A stretch of DNA of 63,515 nucleotides, the filler included, from Choristocarpus tenellus KU-1152 (Eukaryota; Protista; Phaeophyceae): assembly GCA_964200185.2 (NCBI GenBank). It is 13 parts of 13 records of this genome, joined end to end, with 100 filler letters (N's around TTAATTAATTAA, not from the genome) between each part and the next. Parts side by side here need not be neighbours in the genome. Positions count along the whole stretch, not along the records: positions 58,245 to 63,515 come from CAXNAD020011294.1; 12 more parts are not named here. One strand, given 5' to 3'. Shown here piece by piece: positions 62,831 to 63,515 of the stretch (positions within the stretch are counted from its first letter, which is position 1; every line of letters begins with the position of its first letter). The notes beneath the pieces were generated by a model, which saw nothing but the letters and a program-made list of their open reading frames with translations, made no database searches and was not told the DNA's origin. A program made the position numbers and the translations under genes.

Positions 62831-63515
62831 GGTACAGTAACAAACTGGACCTGAGGTCTATTTATTGCAATGAAATGCCCTGCATGAGGATGGGTCAACC
62901 TGTGCCCCCCCCCAATGTGCATGTGTAGGAAATGCAAGAGTAGTTGTCTATTGTACAGTCAAGGTCCCTTGGATCATGCCTTTCTATATTGTAAGGGACT
63001 GAAGGGCTTCAGATGCTGTTTTGGGTATACGAATTCTTACACTGCGGTTGCGACCTAAAGGTTTCAATATATACATTTTCTGTTTAGTGTTGCCTGTTTG
63101 GAAGTGTACTCCTTGAGATTGCCCTCCCTTTCTAATTAGGGGGTGATTCATTCCACCCATCTCGTGAAAACCAGTTAATTTTAAGAATCACTTTTTTATC
63201 CTAGGATCAATTCTTTGCCCTGCTTTTGTCTGTTACATAGGGGATGAGTACGAACTGGAGCTACTTCAAATGGGGGAAAAAACACGCCTTCCCAATAATT
63301 TCTGCTCGTCTTCCCCACACAACCGTACCACCTATCATATTTTCCTTCTCTGATGGATATCTTCTTCGCAGCATTAATAGTAGATGTGTAAGTGTTGGCA
63401 TCTAATACCACTACAATCTCCCCCCTCCCCCACCATCTTAAGCCCGGCGTCACTTGGACCCCCTGGTTATCACTGTTGGTACCCTCCAAATGCAAGACAC
63501 ACACACATTTACTCC

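Noticed and set aside
1-63515. Endogenous giant-virus (phaeovirus) segment, tRNA/rRNA genes, SECIS elements or hammerhead ribozymes
   Set aside because: There is no run of long intronless ORFs or viral hallmark motifs. Isolated B-box-like words lack cloverleaf structure, and no convincing SECIS or hammerhead core was seen by eye.

Overview
This is eukaryotic, intron-rich DNA, most consistent with a brown alga or related ochrophyte. That call is inferred from bipartite plastid presequences, flagellar genes and the TE families present. The window is not continuous: 13 short contigs are joined by 12 identical 100-nt spacers (44 N + TTAATTAATTAA + 44 N), so adjacency across spacers is unsupported. 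Gene fragments found: a TRAPPC13/Trs65-like last exon, a plastid SAL1-type inositol monophosphatase-family gene head-to-head with an intronless SRP receptor beta gene, an RRM last exon, a plastid DUF2834-like gene, a C2-domain exon, CCDC180-like exons, and IQCA1/DRC11 head-to-head with a myristoylated EF-hand (USP32-like) gene. TE relics found: an RTE-like LINE, a CRE-like RLE retrotransposon and a Copia element. The most notable signals are (1) two abundant MITE families sharing a TIR core (G-N4-AAAGTATCT), a subterminal motif and 4-bp TSDs, which looks Sola2-like; (2) CRE 3' ends arranged as inverted pairs, including a ~390-bp foldback just upstream of a gene; and (3) a CpG-to-TpG/CpA decay signature in repeat copies. 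No viral, CRISPR, rRNA or tRNA feature could be supported, and I found no clearly new multi-gene system.
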